Shown here piece after piece: positions 55,561 through 64,000 of a DNA stretch of 64,000 bases (its first letter is position 1; each line of letters begins with the position of its first letter). The notes below the pieces were generated by a model. The model saw only the letters and a list, made by a program, of their open reading frames with translations. It was not told the origin of the DNA and made no database searches. The position numbers and the translations under genes are program-made. The DNA lies in NCBI RefSeq assembly GCF_051011215.1, contig NZ_JBPCUJ010000110.1, forward strand, positions 591 through 64,590, in the 5' to 3' direction. The DNA comes from Lutimonas sp. (GTDB lineage: Bacteria; Bacteroidota; Bacteroidia; Flavobacteriales; Flavobacteriaceae).

Positions 55561-56475
55561 ATGAAAAGGAGAAAATTTTTAAAAAACAGTTTAGCGACAG
55601 GTTCTCTTGTTGGATTAGGGGCAGTTCCCTTTCAGTCTTGTGATGTCGAAAAAGAAAAAACAATTAGCATACTGCACACAAACGATGTGCACAGTCATAT
55701 AGAAGTCTTTCCGACCAAACATTCAAAATATCCAAATCTGGGTGGTGTTGCCAGACGATCCTCGTTGATTGAAAGCATTCGTGCAGAAAATCCGAATACC
55801 CTCTTGTTTGATGCCGGAGATATTTTTCAAGGCACCCCTTATTTCAATTATTTCGGTGGAGAGATTGAATTTAAAATGATGAGTAAATTAGGGTATGATG
55901 CCTCTACGATCGGCAATCATGATTTTGACAATGGAATCGCGGGTCTTGAAAAGCAATTACCACATGCCAGTTTTGATTTTCTAATTGCTAACTATGATTT
56001 TAAGAACACCATTATGGATGGCAGAACAAAACCGTACAAGGTTTTTATCAAGGATGGTATACGAATTGGTGTATTTGGAATAGGAATCAAACTTGATGGA
56101 TTGGTCGACCCCGTAAATTTTAAAGAGACGAACTACCTGGACCCTATAGAAATTGCTCAAGACATGAGTGAAATACTTCGTTCCAGAGAGAATTGTGATC
56201 TGGTGATTTGCTTATCTCATCTCGGGTATTATTATAAGAGAAACCCGGATCATATCAGCGACCTGGTGCTGGCCAGGAAAACCAAAAACATTGACCTGAT
56301 CATTGGCGGACATACCCACACATTCTTAAAAAAACCTACGGTAACAAAAAATGCAGATGATAAAAACATGTTGGTAAATCAGGTAGGGTGCTGGGGTGTT
56401 AATGTCGGAAGAATAGATTTTGTTTTCGATCAGGGTAAAAACATTTCCAGTAAAGGCACCAGCATCATTGTTTAA
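55561..56475 (+). CDS. Calcineurin-like metallophosphoesterase (5'-nucleotidase N-terminal catalytic domain) with a Tat signal
   Basis: Twin-arginine motif MKRRKFLK. Metallophosphatase motifs HTNDVHSH, AGDIFQG and GNHDFD. The ATG directly abuts the upstream TAA. Confidence 0.8.
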   Translation: MKRRKFLKNSLATGSLVGLGAVPFQSCDVEKEKTISILHTNDVHSHIEVFPTKHSKYPNLGGVARRSSLIESIRAENPNTLLFDAGDIFQGTPYFNYFGGEIEFKMMSKLGYDASTIGNHDFDNGIAGLEKQLPHASFDFLIANYDFKNTIMDGRTKPYKVFIKDGIRIGVFGIGIKLDGLVDPVNFKETNYLDPIEIAQDMSEILRSRENCDLVICLSHLGYYYKRNPDHISDLVLARKTKNIDLIIGGHTHTFLKKPTVTKNADDKNMLVNQVGCWGVNVGRIDFVFDQGKNISSKGTSIIV

Positions 56476-56484
56476 ACAAAAAGT

Positions 56485-57666
56485 TTAATCGTAGGTAAGA
56501 TAGGCCGATACCAACCAATGATTGTACTTGTTTTTTGCTGCTTTGGATGCCTCAATATCAATATTGATACTATGATCTCCTTGTTTCATATCTCCCAGCT
56601 CAATTACCATCGGCTCTACTTTGGATCCGGGACACCAATTAGCTCTTGATAAATCTGACGAAGCAATTCTTTCTTCAATTTCTTTGACTTTGTATTTTTT
56701 TGCTTCAAAATCAATATACGCAGCAGAGTCTTTTTTTAACCAGACACCAGCGCTTGGGTTGAAGCGTCTAAAAGAAGCACAATCATTTCTCCAAGGGGTA
56801 AAATCCAAGAGCAATTCATCATCGATTCGAATACGATTTGACTTCTTACTAAATTCATCTCCTCCAGAATGACCTCCATGACCGGATGTTATATAATGTA
56901 ATTTGACATTCCTTGCCGGTTGATCAAAACGGAAGGTATGATTCAGAGCACCTTCAGAAAAGAATTCGGGTAATGATTGTCCATTGACATAGCTGACGGT
57001 ATTTATCAAAGATTTTGTTTTTACCCTTTTATTGGGTCTGTTCGAATAATGTAACGTCAGGTCCAGCAGATAGCCTTCTTTTGTCCAGGAATCGATCCAG
57101 ACACCAATAATAAAATTGTTATCAACCAGTTCCAGTAAATGTGACACATCTTCTTCCCAAACAACTTCTTCTTCCCATTCAGGAATGTATACGGGCTTTC
57201 TATGGCTCTTATCATCCTGACTAAAATGACCGACACCAAAAGGTGTAATGAATCGTAACAATTCAATAACCGGTACATACTTATTTGTTGCTTTGATACC
57301 TAAATTACCTTCATTGAGTCCAGATTTTTTAGGGAACTTTTTGCTGCCTTCCGAGACATCCAGTACCGAAATCAAACTGGTATCTGCCAAAACAAAACAG
57401 GATCCCGTTTTGTCCCATCGATCTCCTGCAGATTTTAAAACCAACTTCAACACAACATCAGAACCTTCAGAAAACTCAGGAACCTGAATTCTTTTATAAA
57501 CCAACCTGCCTTTTTGCAAACGTTTTGCGACTGCATCCGAACCGGTCATTCCTTCAAAGTTTATAGGTTGATTTGAAAAAACAGTCTCCGTGTGCTGATT
57601 TTGAGAAGCCAGTTTATTTGACCAAAAAGTCGCTAGTACCAAAAAAGTAAATAACAGGTATTTCAT
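56485..57666 (-). CDS. PNGase F-like (peptide-N-glycosidase F family) secreted protein
   Basis: Signal peptide from ATG 57666. DRWDKTG, LRFITPFGVG, ITSGHGGH and SRANWCPG parallel the CDEWDRY, GRFITPYWVG, ISGWGH and DRAGWCPG segments of Elizabethkingia PNGase F as I remember them. Confidence 0.6.
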   Translation of the reverse strand: MKYLLFTFLVLATFWSNKLASQNQHTETVFSNQPINFEGMTGSDAVAKRLQKGRLVYKRIQVPEFSEGSDVVLKLVLKSAGDRWDKTGSCFVLADTSLISVLDVSEGSKKFPKKSGLNEGNLGIKATNKYVPVIELLRFITPFGVGHFSQDDKSHRKPVYIPEWEEEVVWEEDVSHLLELVDNNFIIGVWIDSWTKEGYLLDLTLHYSNRPNKRVKTKSLINTVSYVNGQSLPEFFSEGALNHTFRFDQPARNVKLHYITSGHGGHSGGDEFSKKSNRIRIDDELLLDFTPWRNDCASFRRFNPSAGVWLKKDSAAYIDFEAKKYKVKEIEERIASSDLSRANWCPGSKVEPMVIELGDMKQGDHSINIDIEASKAAKNKYNHWLVSAYLTYD

Positions 57667-57755
57667 AAAAGTTAAGAATCTACAAATTAAAACGAAGCCG
57701 ACCAACTAATATTCTATTCGATGACGAATTAGTGCCTTAAAAATAATCCCACTTA

Positions 57756-58469
57756 TTAGTTAATATGATTAAACGGTAAATTAATGATCAACTGTATCTT
57801 TTCGTGATCCGTAATCATGTGTCTTCCCATTCCAAGTTCAATGATTTCCGCATCAGGTATTCTAGCGGTAAAATGCAAATAATCGATCCCGGAACCTGAA
57901 AATTTCAAAGCATTCTCCTTAGAGATGCCACTTCCCGCAATCACCTCCAAACGATCTCCATAGTTTTGTTTAATCTCTGAAATAACTGCAATGCCATTCT
58001 CAGCCTTTGCCTGCAACCCTGAGGTCAACAGTCGGTCGAAGCCAAAACCAACAATCTTTTTTATAGCGTTCCTAAAGTCAGGAACAAAATCAAAAGCCCT
58101 GTGAAAAGTAGCTTTTAATCCAAGTCCGTGCGCCAGTTCCAGTAAATCAAAGTTTTGCTCCGAAACGCTGTTATCATCATTTAAAATACCAAATACAACA
58201 CCCCGAGCACCCGCTACTTTTGCCGCTTCAATATCCATCTTCATGGTCTGAATGTCCTGATCATTCACTTGAAAACCACCTTCCCGATGACGAATCATGA
58301 CATGAATAGCGGCATCAGAGCTCTCAACACATTGTTTGATCAAGCCATAATTAGGCGTTAATCCGCCAACAGACAGCGCGGCACATAATTCTACGCTTTT
58401 AAATCCGTAGTTGCCGGCAATGATAGCTCCTTCCAGTGAATCGGTACAAAGTTCAAAATTCATAGACAT
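57756..58469 (-). CDS. cutC: CutC family protein
   Basis: MSMNFELCTDSLEGA... plus the VELC and HRAFD motifs typical of CutC TIM-barrel proteins. ATG 58469 is chosen because the ORF-track start is a TTG. Confidence 0.85.
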   Translation of the reverse strand: MSMNFELCTDSLEGAIIAGNYGFKSVELCAALSVGGLTPNYGLIKQCVESSDAAIHVMIRHREGGFQVNDQDIQTMKMDIEAAKVAGARGVVFGILNDDNSVSEQNFDLLELAHGLGLKATFHRAFDFVPDFRNAIKKIVGFGFDRLLTSGLQAKAENGIAVISEIKQNYGDRLEVIAGSGISKENALKFSGSGIDYLHFTARIPDAEIIELGMGRHMITDHEKIQLIINLPFNHIN

Positions 58470-58589
58470 TTTATTAAACTCAAACGGTGGCAATTTTTAA
58501 TAAATTGTCATGGACTCTTCGTATTGAAAATCCAACACCCGTTTGAATCATATAAAAATAGTATTTTTAGCCTATCAAAAAAATTGTAT

Positions 58590-60422
58590 ATGCTCGAACT
58601 TGCAGGTATTATTATATTGGGAATTCTGGCCCAATGGGTTGCATGGAAATTTAAAATACCAGCCATCCTTCCTTTAATACTCATCGGACTTTTTGTCGGT
58701 CCGTTTTCCACCATGCTTTCTACAGATGGAAACAAATGGATTGAACCCGTATGGAATGGTCAAATGGGATTGTTCCCGGGAGAAAGTCTTTTTAATTTTG
58801 TGTCTCTTTCTATTGCTCTTATCTTGTTTGAAGGAGGGCTTACACTTAAGAAAGAGGAAATCAAAAGTGTGGGACCCGTTATTTACAAACTGATTACCCT
58901 TGGGTCTTTGATGACTATGATTACTGCGGGAATCGCGGCGCATTATATCATTGGTCTCAACTGGCCTTTATCCTTTTTGTTTTCATCATTGATCATCGTT
59001 ACCGGGCCGACCGTAATTACGCCTATCTTAAGGAATTTACCACTAAAAAAAGACATCTCGACCATCTTAAAATGGGAAGGGATTTTAATAGATCCAATAG
59101 GCGCTTTGGTCGCTGTTTTGGTATATGAATTCATTAGTTTGGGGGGCGATCATGGTACCGAGTATACCAAAGAAACCCTGATTGAATTTGGAAAAATTAT
59201 TATTATAGGATTTTCAATCGGTTTTACTTCTGCCTATGCTTTTGCTACGGCATTAAAACAACGATGGATTCCTCATTATTTGCTGAATGTAGTTTCCCTG
59301 GCCTTGGTGCTAAGTGTATTTGTTCTTGCAGATTTATTTGCTCATGAAAGCGGATTATTGGCCGTGGTAATTATGGGTATGGTTCTTGGTAACATGAATT
59401 TACCTGGCTTAAAGGATGTCTTTTATTTTAAAGAAACGATCAGTATTTTGTTGATCTCCATACTTTTTATTTTACTGTCAGCCAACATAAACTTATCCGA
59501 CCTTGAGCTTATCTTTAACTGGAATTCACTGATCTTATTTGCCTGTGTTGTTTTAATTGTTAGACCAATAGGTGTCTTCCTAAGCAGCAGAAACAGTAGC
59601 CTGAGCAGAAATGAAAAAATATTTATCAGTTGGGTGGGACCACGTGGAATCGTGGCTGCCGGTATCGCGTCTCTTTTTGGCTTAAAGTTGACCATGCAAG
59701 GGGTTGAAAATGCAAATTACATCACCCCGCTTGTTTTTATGATTGTTTTGGGAACCGTTCTTTTAAATGCAACAACTGCGAGAATTGTAGCCAAAATAAC
59801 AGGTGTTTTATTGAAAAAATCGGAAGGTATCTTAATTGTGGGTGCTTCTGATCCATCAAGACTGATTGCCAGTTATTTAAAAACAAATGACCGAAGGGTC
59901 GTTTTGATTGACAGCAACAGAAACAATATAGCGCTGGCAAAAAAAGAAGGTCTTGAAGCCATAGAATGTGATATTTATGAAGATGAGATCTTTGAGAATA
60001 TCGAATTAAATGATATTGGGTTTTTACTTGCCCTGACGGGAAGTCCGACCATCAATGAATATGCGCTTAACAAACTCAAGCCTTCTTTTGGGGAAGAAGG
60101 AGCCTACAGACTCATCAGTGGTGATGAAATGAGAGACCCTGATAACAATCCTGAAGAAGGACTTTTCTCTCAAACAGATGACTTTATCAACATTTCAGAA
60201 GTAGTAAGAGATTATCCGATCATTAATGAAGTGAAGATTAAATCAAAAGATCATTACCTACAGATCATGGAGGCCACTATGAAAGAAATTAAAACCATTC
60301 CGGTATTCGTCAAAGACATCAATAATGACATTCATATCATTCCGGCCGATTACAATAAATTGAAAGTAGAAGAAGATTATCGCTTAATGTATATTGGTAA
60401 AAAGCTACTTATCGATGCCTGA
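58590..60422 (+). CDS. CPA1-type cation:proton antiporter with a C-terminal TrkA-N/RCK-like domain
   Basis: 10-12 TM helices starting MLELAGIIILGILAQW. The C-terminal ILIVGASDPSRLIA...VVLID Rossmann-like segment lacks the full GxGxxG motif. ATG 58590 is chosen over the upstream alternative start. Confidence 0.8.
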   Translation: MLELAGIIILGILAQWVAWKFKIPAILPLILIGLFVGPFSTMLSTDGNKWIEPVWNGQMGLFPGESLFNFVSLSIALILFEGGLTLKKEEIKSVGPVIYKLITLGSLMTMITAGIAAHYIIGLNWPLSFLFSSLIIVTGPTVITPILRNLPLKKDISTILKWEGILIDPIGALVAVLVYEFISLGGDHGTEYTKETLIEFGKIIIIGFSIGFTSAYAFATALKQRWIPHYLLNVVSLALVLSVFVLADLFAHESGLLAVVIMGMVLGNMNLPGLKDVFYFKETISILLISILFILLSANINLSDLELIFNWNSLILFACVVLIVRPIGVFLSSRNSSLSRNEKIFISWVGPRGIVAAGIASLFGLKLTMQGVENANYITPLVFMIVLGTVLLNATTARIVAKITGVLLKKSEGILIVGASDPSRLIASYLKTNDRRVVLIDSNRNNIALAKKEGLEAIECDIYEDEIFENIELNDIGFLLALTGSPTINEYALNKLKPSFGEEGAYRLISGDEMRDPDNNPEEGLFSQTDDFINISEVVRDYPIINEVKIKSKDHYLQIMEATMKEIKTIPVFVKDINNDIHIIPADYNKLKVEEDYRLMYIGKKLLIDA

Positions 60423-61253
60423 TAACTCGGCCTTAATAAATACCGGAAAGTGATCTGAAGGATATTTAAAATCTTTAGAATCTGTTAAAACAGCATATTT
60501 TTTTACCCGGATACTGTTTTTCGAGGTAAATATATAGTCGATTCTATCTTGAACCGGCTCGTGAAACTTGAAGCCTGTAAAAGTACCATGAGGTCCAAAA
60601 GGACTTTCTTCAGATACGGATCTGGAATCGGATAATACAGATGAGAGATAAACAATTGGCTTGCTCTTCTCATTTAGGTTAAAATCTCCCAATAGAAATA
60701 CGGGATACTCTTTTTTGTTGATTTCACCGATTCGTTGCGCAATCAATGTCGCACTTTTCTCTCTTGCCACCTCACCAATATGATCAAAATGCGTGTTGAA
60801 AACCCAGAATTTTGACCCACTACCAGCATCTGTAAAAAGAGCAAAAGTACATATTCGTTCGAAGGCGGCATCCCATCCTTTGGAAACCTTCTCTGGTGTT
60901 TCAGACAGCCAAAAAGTGCCTTGAGCATCAAGGATTACTTTTTCTTTATTATAGAAAATTGCGCAATACTCGCCTTTTCTCTGACCATCATCCCTGCCCA
61001 CTCCAATAAAATCGTATTTCTGATTTGATTCTTTCAAATAAAGCAACTGATGCTCCAATCCTTCTTGAATACCAAAAACTTCCGGTTGATAAAAAGCAAT
61101 CTGATCACTTAGAAAAGCCTTTCTTTTCTCCCATTGATTGTCGCCGTCATTGACGGTTGCATACCGAATATTGTAGGTCATCACGGACAGGTTCTGAGAA
61201 TAACCATGATAACTGATCATCATAAAAATTAAACAAAGTATGAATGCTTTCAT
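60405..61253 (-). CDS. Endonuclease/exonuclease/phosphatase (EEP) family secreted protein
   Basis: Signal peptide from ATG 61253. Motifs SVMTYNIRY, FGIQE, GDFN and the C-terminal SDHFPV. Confidence 0.8.
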   Translation of the reverse strand: MKAFILCLIFMMISYHGYSQNLSVMTYNIRYATVNDGDNQWEKRKAFLSDQIAFYQPEVFGIQEGLEHQLLYLKESNQKYDFIGVGRDDGQRKGEYCAIFYNKEKVILDAQGTFWLSETPEKVSKGWDAAFERICTFALFTDAGSGSKFWVFNTHFDHIGEVAREKSATLIAQRIGEINKKEYPVFLLGDFNLNEKSKPIVYLSSVLSDSRSVSEESPFGPHGTFTGFKFHEPVQDRIDYIFTSKNSIRVKKYAVLTDSKDFKYPSDHFPVFIKAELSGIDK

Positions 61254-61310
61254 ATATGGTTCCAAAGGCTTGTCCTTAAAAAAGAACAAGAGTTTATAAA
61301 AAAAACCGAA

Positions 61311-61826
61311 CTAGATCTTTTTCATTTGTTGCTTGACCATGGTAATCTGATCTTTCAACATCCCGTGCTTGTCCAGCTTTTTGGCCTCAGCAATTAAAGT
61401 CGTTGCCTCTCTTTTTCTTCTTTTGGTCATTGCAATTCCTGCCAACTGCAGTTTTGCCATTGCCTTATCATGGTCCATGGCCAGTCCCATACTCAAAGCT
61501 CGTTTAAAGAATTTTTCAGCCTGGGTCAAATTAGTTTGAGATACCATAATGCCTCGCAGGAAATTATAATACGCTTCCTGCTTTTTTGTCAAGGCAGCTG
61601 AAGGGTTTTTTATCTTGTCCAGTAACTTGTTACCACCTTCAAAATCCTGTTTTCTCAGCTTGAAAAAAGTCAATAGTAGAATTTCATTCTTAAAGTAAAA
61701 AAAGATAAAAATTCCTGCGAGCAGCACAATGGAGATGCCATTCATGATATGACCTTCATAGAATTCAAATCCGGCCCAAACCAGAATAATGGCGGCCACT
61801 ACTAATTTTATATATTTATTGAACAT
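61311..61826 (-). CDS. Hypothetical membrane protein (two N-terminal TM helices plus a helical, TPR-like tail)
   Basis: 171-aa ORF with an ATG start. No recognisable catalytic motif. Confidence 0.5.
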   Translation of the reverse strand: MFNKYIKLVVAAIILVWAGFEFYEGHIMNGISIVLLAGIFIFFYFKNEILLLTFFKLRKQDFEGGNKLLDKIKNPSAALTKKQEAYYNFLRGIMVSQTNLTQAEKFFKRALSMGLAMDHDKAMAKLQLAGIAMTKRRKREATTLIAEAKKLDKHGMLKDQITMVKQQMKKI

Positions 61827-61944
61827 ATGCTGTTTAAATTTTTGTGCAAATTTACATTTTTATAGGATTAATCATCGCCTTTTTGAAAATATTATGGCAT
61901 CTAAAACACCCTGTATCTTCAAATCAAATCACCAATAGAAAGCA

Positions 61945-62607
61945 TTATAGTTTTTCCACATATATGCTTTCTGCAAATTTCTTAGATACATTTTCATTCT
62001 TTCCGTCATAAGCAATCAACATGGAAGCATCAAATTCTCTGATTTCCAGGATTTCAATTTCACTGCTCAACGCCAAGCCCAACTGTGTCACATATTTTAG
62101 AAATACCGCTGAATTGTCTTTAACAGATATCAACCGGCAAACATCTCCTGATAAAAGACTTGACAAGGGTTGTTTTGATTCCACCACAAAACGTCCCTGT
62201 TCATCCGGTATCGCATCACCATGAGGGTCTCTCTTTGGATTGCCCAAAAAATTATCGAGTTCTTTGATTAATTTGGGAGAATTAATATGCTCTAATTGAT
62301 GCGCTACTTCATGCACTTCGTCCCAAGTAAAATTCATATGATCGTGTAAAAAAGTTTCCCAAAGACGGTGTTTTCTTATTAGTTTTAAAGCTATTTCATG
62401 GCCTGACTGGGTCAGTTCTATCTTCCCATAGCGCTCATAATCAACTAATTTTTTGTCTTTCATTTTTTTAATCATAACGCTCACCGAAGCAGGAGATAGT
62501 CCTAAATACTCCGCTAACTGATTGTTTCCTAACTTCTTAACACCCTCTTCCTCTGTAAGGTTAAAAATTGCTTTTATATAATCCTCAATATTTTTTGTTA
62601 TACTCAT
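61945..62607 (-). CDS. DtxR/MntR family metal-dependent transcriptional regulator with a FeoA/SH3-like C-terminal domain
   Basis: N-terminal EDYIKAI...LA..L..S..SVS.MIKKM HTH, the helix RKHRLWETFL, and metal-site region HEVAHQLEH...DPHGD. Confidence 0.85.
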   Translation of the reverse strand: MSITKNIEDYIKAIFNLTEEEGVKKLGNNQLAEYLGLSPASVSVMIKKMKDKKLVDYERYGKIELTQSGHEIALKLIRKHRLWETFLHDHMNFTWDEVHEVAHQLEHINSPKLIKELDNFLGNPKRDPHGDAIPDEQGRFVVESKQPLSSLLSGDVCRLISVKDNSAVFLKYVTQLGLALSSEIEILEIREFDASMLIAYDGKNENVSKKFAESIYVEKL

Positions 62608-62620
62608 AAAATTATATTTG

Positions 62621-62639
62621 TTAGCTATGCCTAACTTTA
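62621..62639. promoter_or_regulatory. DtxR/IdeR-box-like operator TTAGCTATGCCTAACTTTA
   Basis: 14 of 19 positions match the classical TTAGGTTAGCCTAACCTAA iron box. It lies in the 78-bp divergent region between the regulator and the TonB-dependent receptor. Confidence 0.4.
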
Positions 62640-62685
62640 TTAGTTTTGCATTTCAAATTATAAAGTTAAGCGCTTTTATTACAAT

Positions 62686-64000
62686 ATGCAATTCCGTCAA
62701 TTAATTTTACTCTTTACTTTGCTTTTGACCTCAACTCTGGTAGGTCAAAATGCCAGTATTTCAGGAGAAATTATGGCAGACGGTGCCAAATTACCTTTTG
62801 CAACAATTCAAATTAAAAATTCCGCCAAAGGATGTACCGCTGACGAGAACGGATATTTTGAAATGAAAAATATTAGCCCAGGTAATTATACCCTTATCGC
62901 CTCTTTTGTTGGGTTTATTTCTGAAAAAAAACACCTCGAGGTTAAGGCGGGTCAAAACCTTTTAGTTTCATTTAATCTTAGTTCCAACGCTGCCTTAGAT
63001 GAAATCGTTGTAACGGGCACCATGAAAGAAACCTATGTCTCAGCCTCCCCTATTAAAATTGATGTCGTTACTTCAAAACAATTAGATACCTACCTCCCTT
63101 CAGCGGCAAGTTCGGTTATTGAAAGTGCTCAGTTGGTTAATGGAGTTCAGGAAGTAGTTGCTTGTGGTGTTTGTTATACCAATAGCATCAGCGTCAATGG
63201 TCTGCCTGGTTCATATACCGCAATACTGATGGACGGAACTCCTATATATGGAAGTCTTGCATCAGTTTATGGACTCAATGGAATTCCCAATATGATTATT
63301 GACAGGTTTGAGGTTATAAAAGGTCCCAGCAGTACTCTCTACGGATCAGAAGCCGTTGCAGGAGTAATCAATATTATTACCAAAAATCCTGAAAAACAGC
63401 CTTTGGTATCGGCGGATTTGATGACCAGTACACACGAAGAAGTATTTGGGAATTTTGCCTTTGCTCCTACTCTGGGTAAATCGAATGCTTATGTAGGTGT
63501 CAACTTTGGATACGCAAATCATTATGCGGATAATAATGTAGATGGCTTTGGTGATGGTGTTAATACCGATCATGTTTCTTTATTTACAAAATTTAATATT
63601 TTCAGGCCCAGTGATAAAATCTTTACCATTGCAGCCAAATATTATTACGAAGATCGAAGGAACGGAGTCGAAGCCTATGTAAAAGACAGAGCTTATAAAA
63701 CCTTACGTGGGAGTGATGAAATATATGGGGAAAGCATCTATACCAACAGAACGGAATTGTTTGGAACCTATGCCCTGGATACCAAAGCCAGCTTAAAACT
63801 GGATTACTCTTTTTCTAACCACGATCAAAACAGTTATTATGGCAGTGACCTCTATAAAGCTTCTCAACAAATTGCATTTGGTAATTTTATCTGGAGTTTT
63901 GATCATAAAAATCATGATTTTTTAGTTGGTTCTTCTCTTCGTTATGATGCTTATGACGACAATACACTGGCTACAGAAGAAGAAGTGGATGGCGAAATAA
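62686..64000 (+). CDS. TonB-dependent receptor (5' part; continues beyond the window)
   Basis: Not in the ORF track because it has no stop within the window. ATG 62686 opens a frame that stays open to 64000. Signal peptide, CarboxypepD_reg-like domain (GYFEMKNISPGNYTLIASFVGF), and plug motifs DEIVVTG and IDRFEVIKGPSSTLYGSEAVAGVINIITK. Confidence 0.85.
   Translation, partial: MQFRQLILLFTLLLTSTLVGQNASISGEIMADGAKLPFATIQIKNSAKGCTADENGYFEMKNISPGNYTLIASFVGFISEKKHLEVKAGQNLLVSFNLSSNAALDEIVVTGTMKETYVSASPIKIDVVTSKQLDTYLPSAASSVIESAQLVNGVQEVVACGVCYTNSISVNGLPGSYTAILMDGTPIYGSLASVYGLNGIPNMIIDRFEVIKGPSSTLYGSEAVAGVINIITKNPEKQPLVSADLMTSTHEEVFGNFAFAPTLGKSNAYVGVNFGYANHYADNNVDGFGDGVNTDHVSLFTKFNIFRPSDKIFTIAAKYYYEDRRNGVEAYVKDRAYKTLRGSDEIYGESIYTNRTELFGTYALDTKASLKLDYSFSNHDQNSYYGSDLYKASQQIAFGNFIWSFDHKNHDFLVGSSLRYDAYDDNTLATEEEVDGEI

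Noticed and set aside
58508-58735. 75-aa minus-strand ORF between cutC and the antiporter, and the 22-codon N-terminal extension of the antiporter ORF (58524-58589)
   Set aside because: The minus-strand ORF overlaps the well-supported antiporter N-terminus and has no motifs. The extension precedes a canonical MLELAGIIILG... first TM helix starting at ATG 58590.
1-64000. Search by eye for tRNA, rRNA, tmRNA or SRP RNA, CRISPR arrays, IS elements, integrases, phage genes, toxin-antitoxin pairs or known defence-system genes
   Set aside because: None found. Intergenic regions are short and explained by promoters and terminators, apart from 27.8-28.7 kb and 33.85-34.2 kb (both reported). All large ORFs have housekeeping-type motifs. 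A whole-genome, tool-based scan (tRNAscan-SE, Infernal, DefenseFinder/PADLOC) would be needed to be definitive.

Overview
This 64-kb AT-rich segment looks like a Bacteroidota chromosome, probably Flavobacteriia-like. Three things support that. TAnnTTTG '-7' promoter boxes precede many genes. The clade-typical gene blocks DUF4290-murA, bamD-rpoZ-coaBC-DUF4835-recN, grpE-dnaJ and fur-purA are present. There is also a TSP3/OmpA outer-membrane protein. I call about 56 protein genes, almost all core housekeeping: recG, purL, dnaB, RelA/SpoT, purA, aconitase, dnaJ/grpE, murA, uvrD, fabI, recN, coaBC, bamD, dapA and others. There is one RNA gene, RNase P RNA at about 33527-33849 (-), which two ORF-track hits overlap spuriously. 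The ORF track translates TTG/GTG starts as M. Several of its N-terminal extensions are artefacts, and three of its 'starts' are the TTG of a promoter box. I found no tRNA, rRNA, CRISPR, transposase, integrase or recognisable defence or toxin genes. The only accessory-looking stretch is 27.8-30.9 kb. It holds two tandem 113-aa secreted paralogs whose 52-nt upstream leader is 51/52 identical although synonymous sites in the ORFs have diverged. Each paralog is preceded by an ECF-sigma-like TGTAACA-N16-CGTC promoter, two TTAAR-N5-CTTAA dyads and a TGTCTAATCTA direct repeat. A convergent Crp/Fnr, DoxX and TlpA gene set lies next to them. This is my best candidate for something undescribed, but it is a regulatory and small-protein hypothesis, not a demonstrated system. 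Other points worth a second look: one intact and two degenerate amidohydrolase modules in a secreted gene pair; MurA with Asp at the fosfomycin-target Cys position; DnaJ with only 2 of 4 CxxCxGxG motifs; a FadL-TSP3-OmpA fusion; a duplicated terminator module next to rnpB; a permuted split 5'-nucleotidase; a PNGase F-like gene next to cutC; and a DtxR-box-like operator between a DtxR/MntR regulator and a TonB-dependent receptor. All family assignments come from motif recognition by eye, since no searches could be run.
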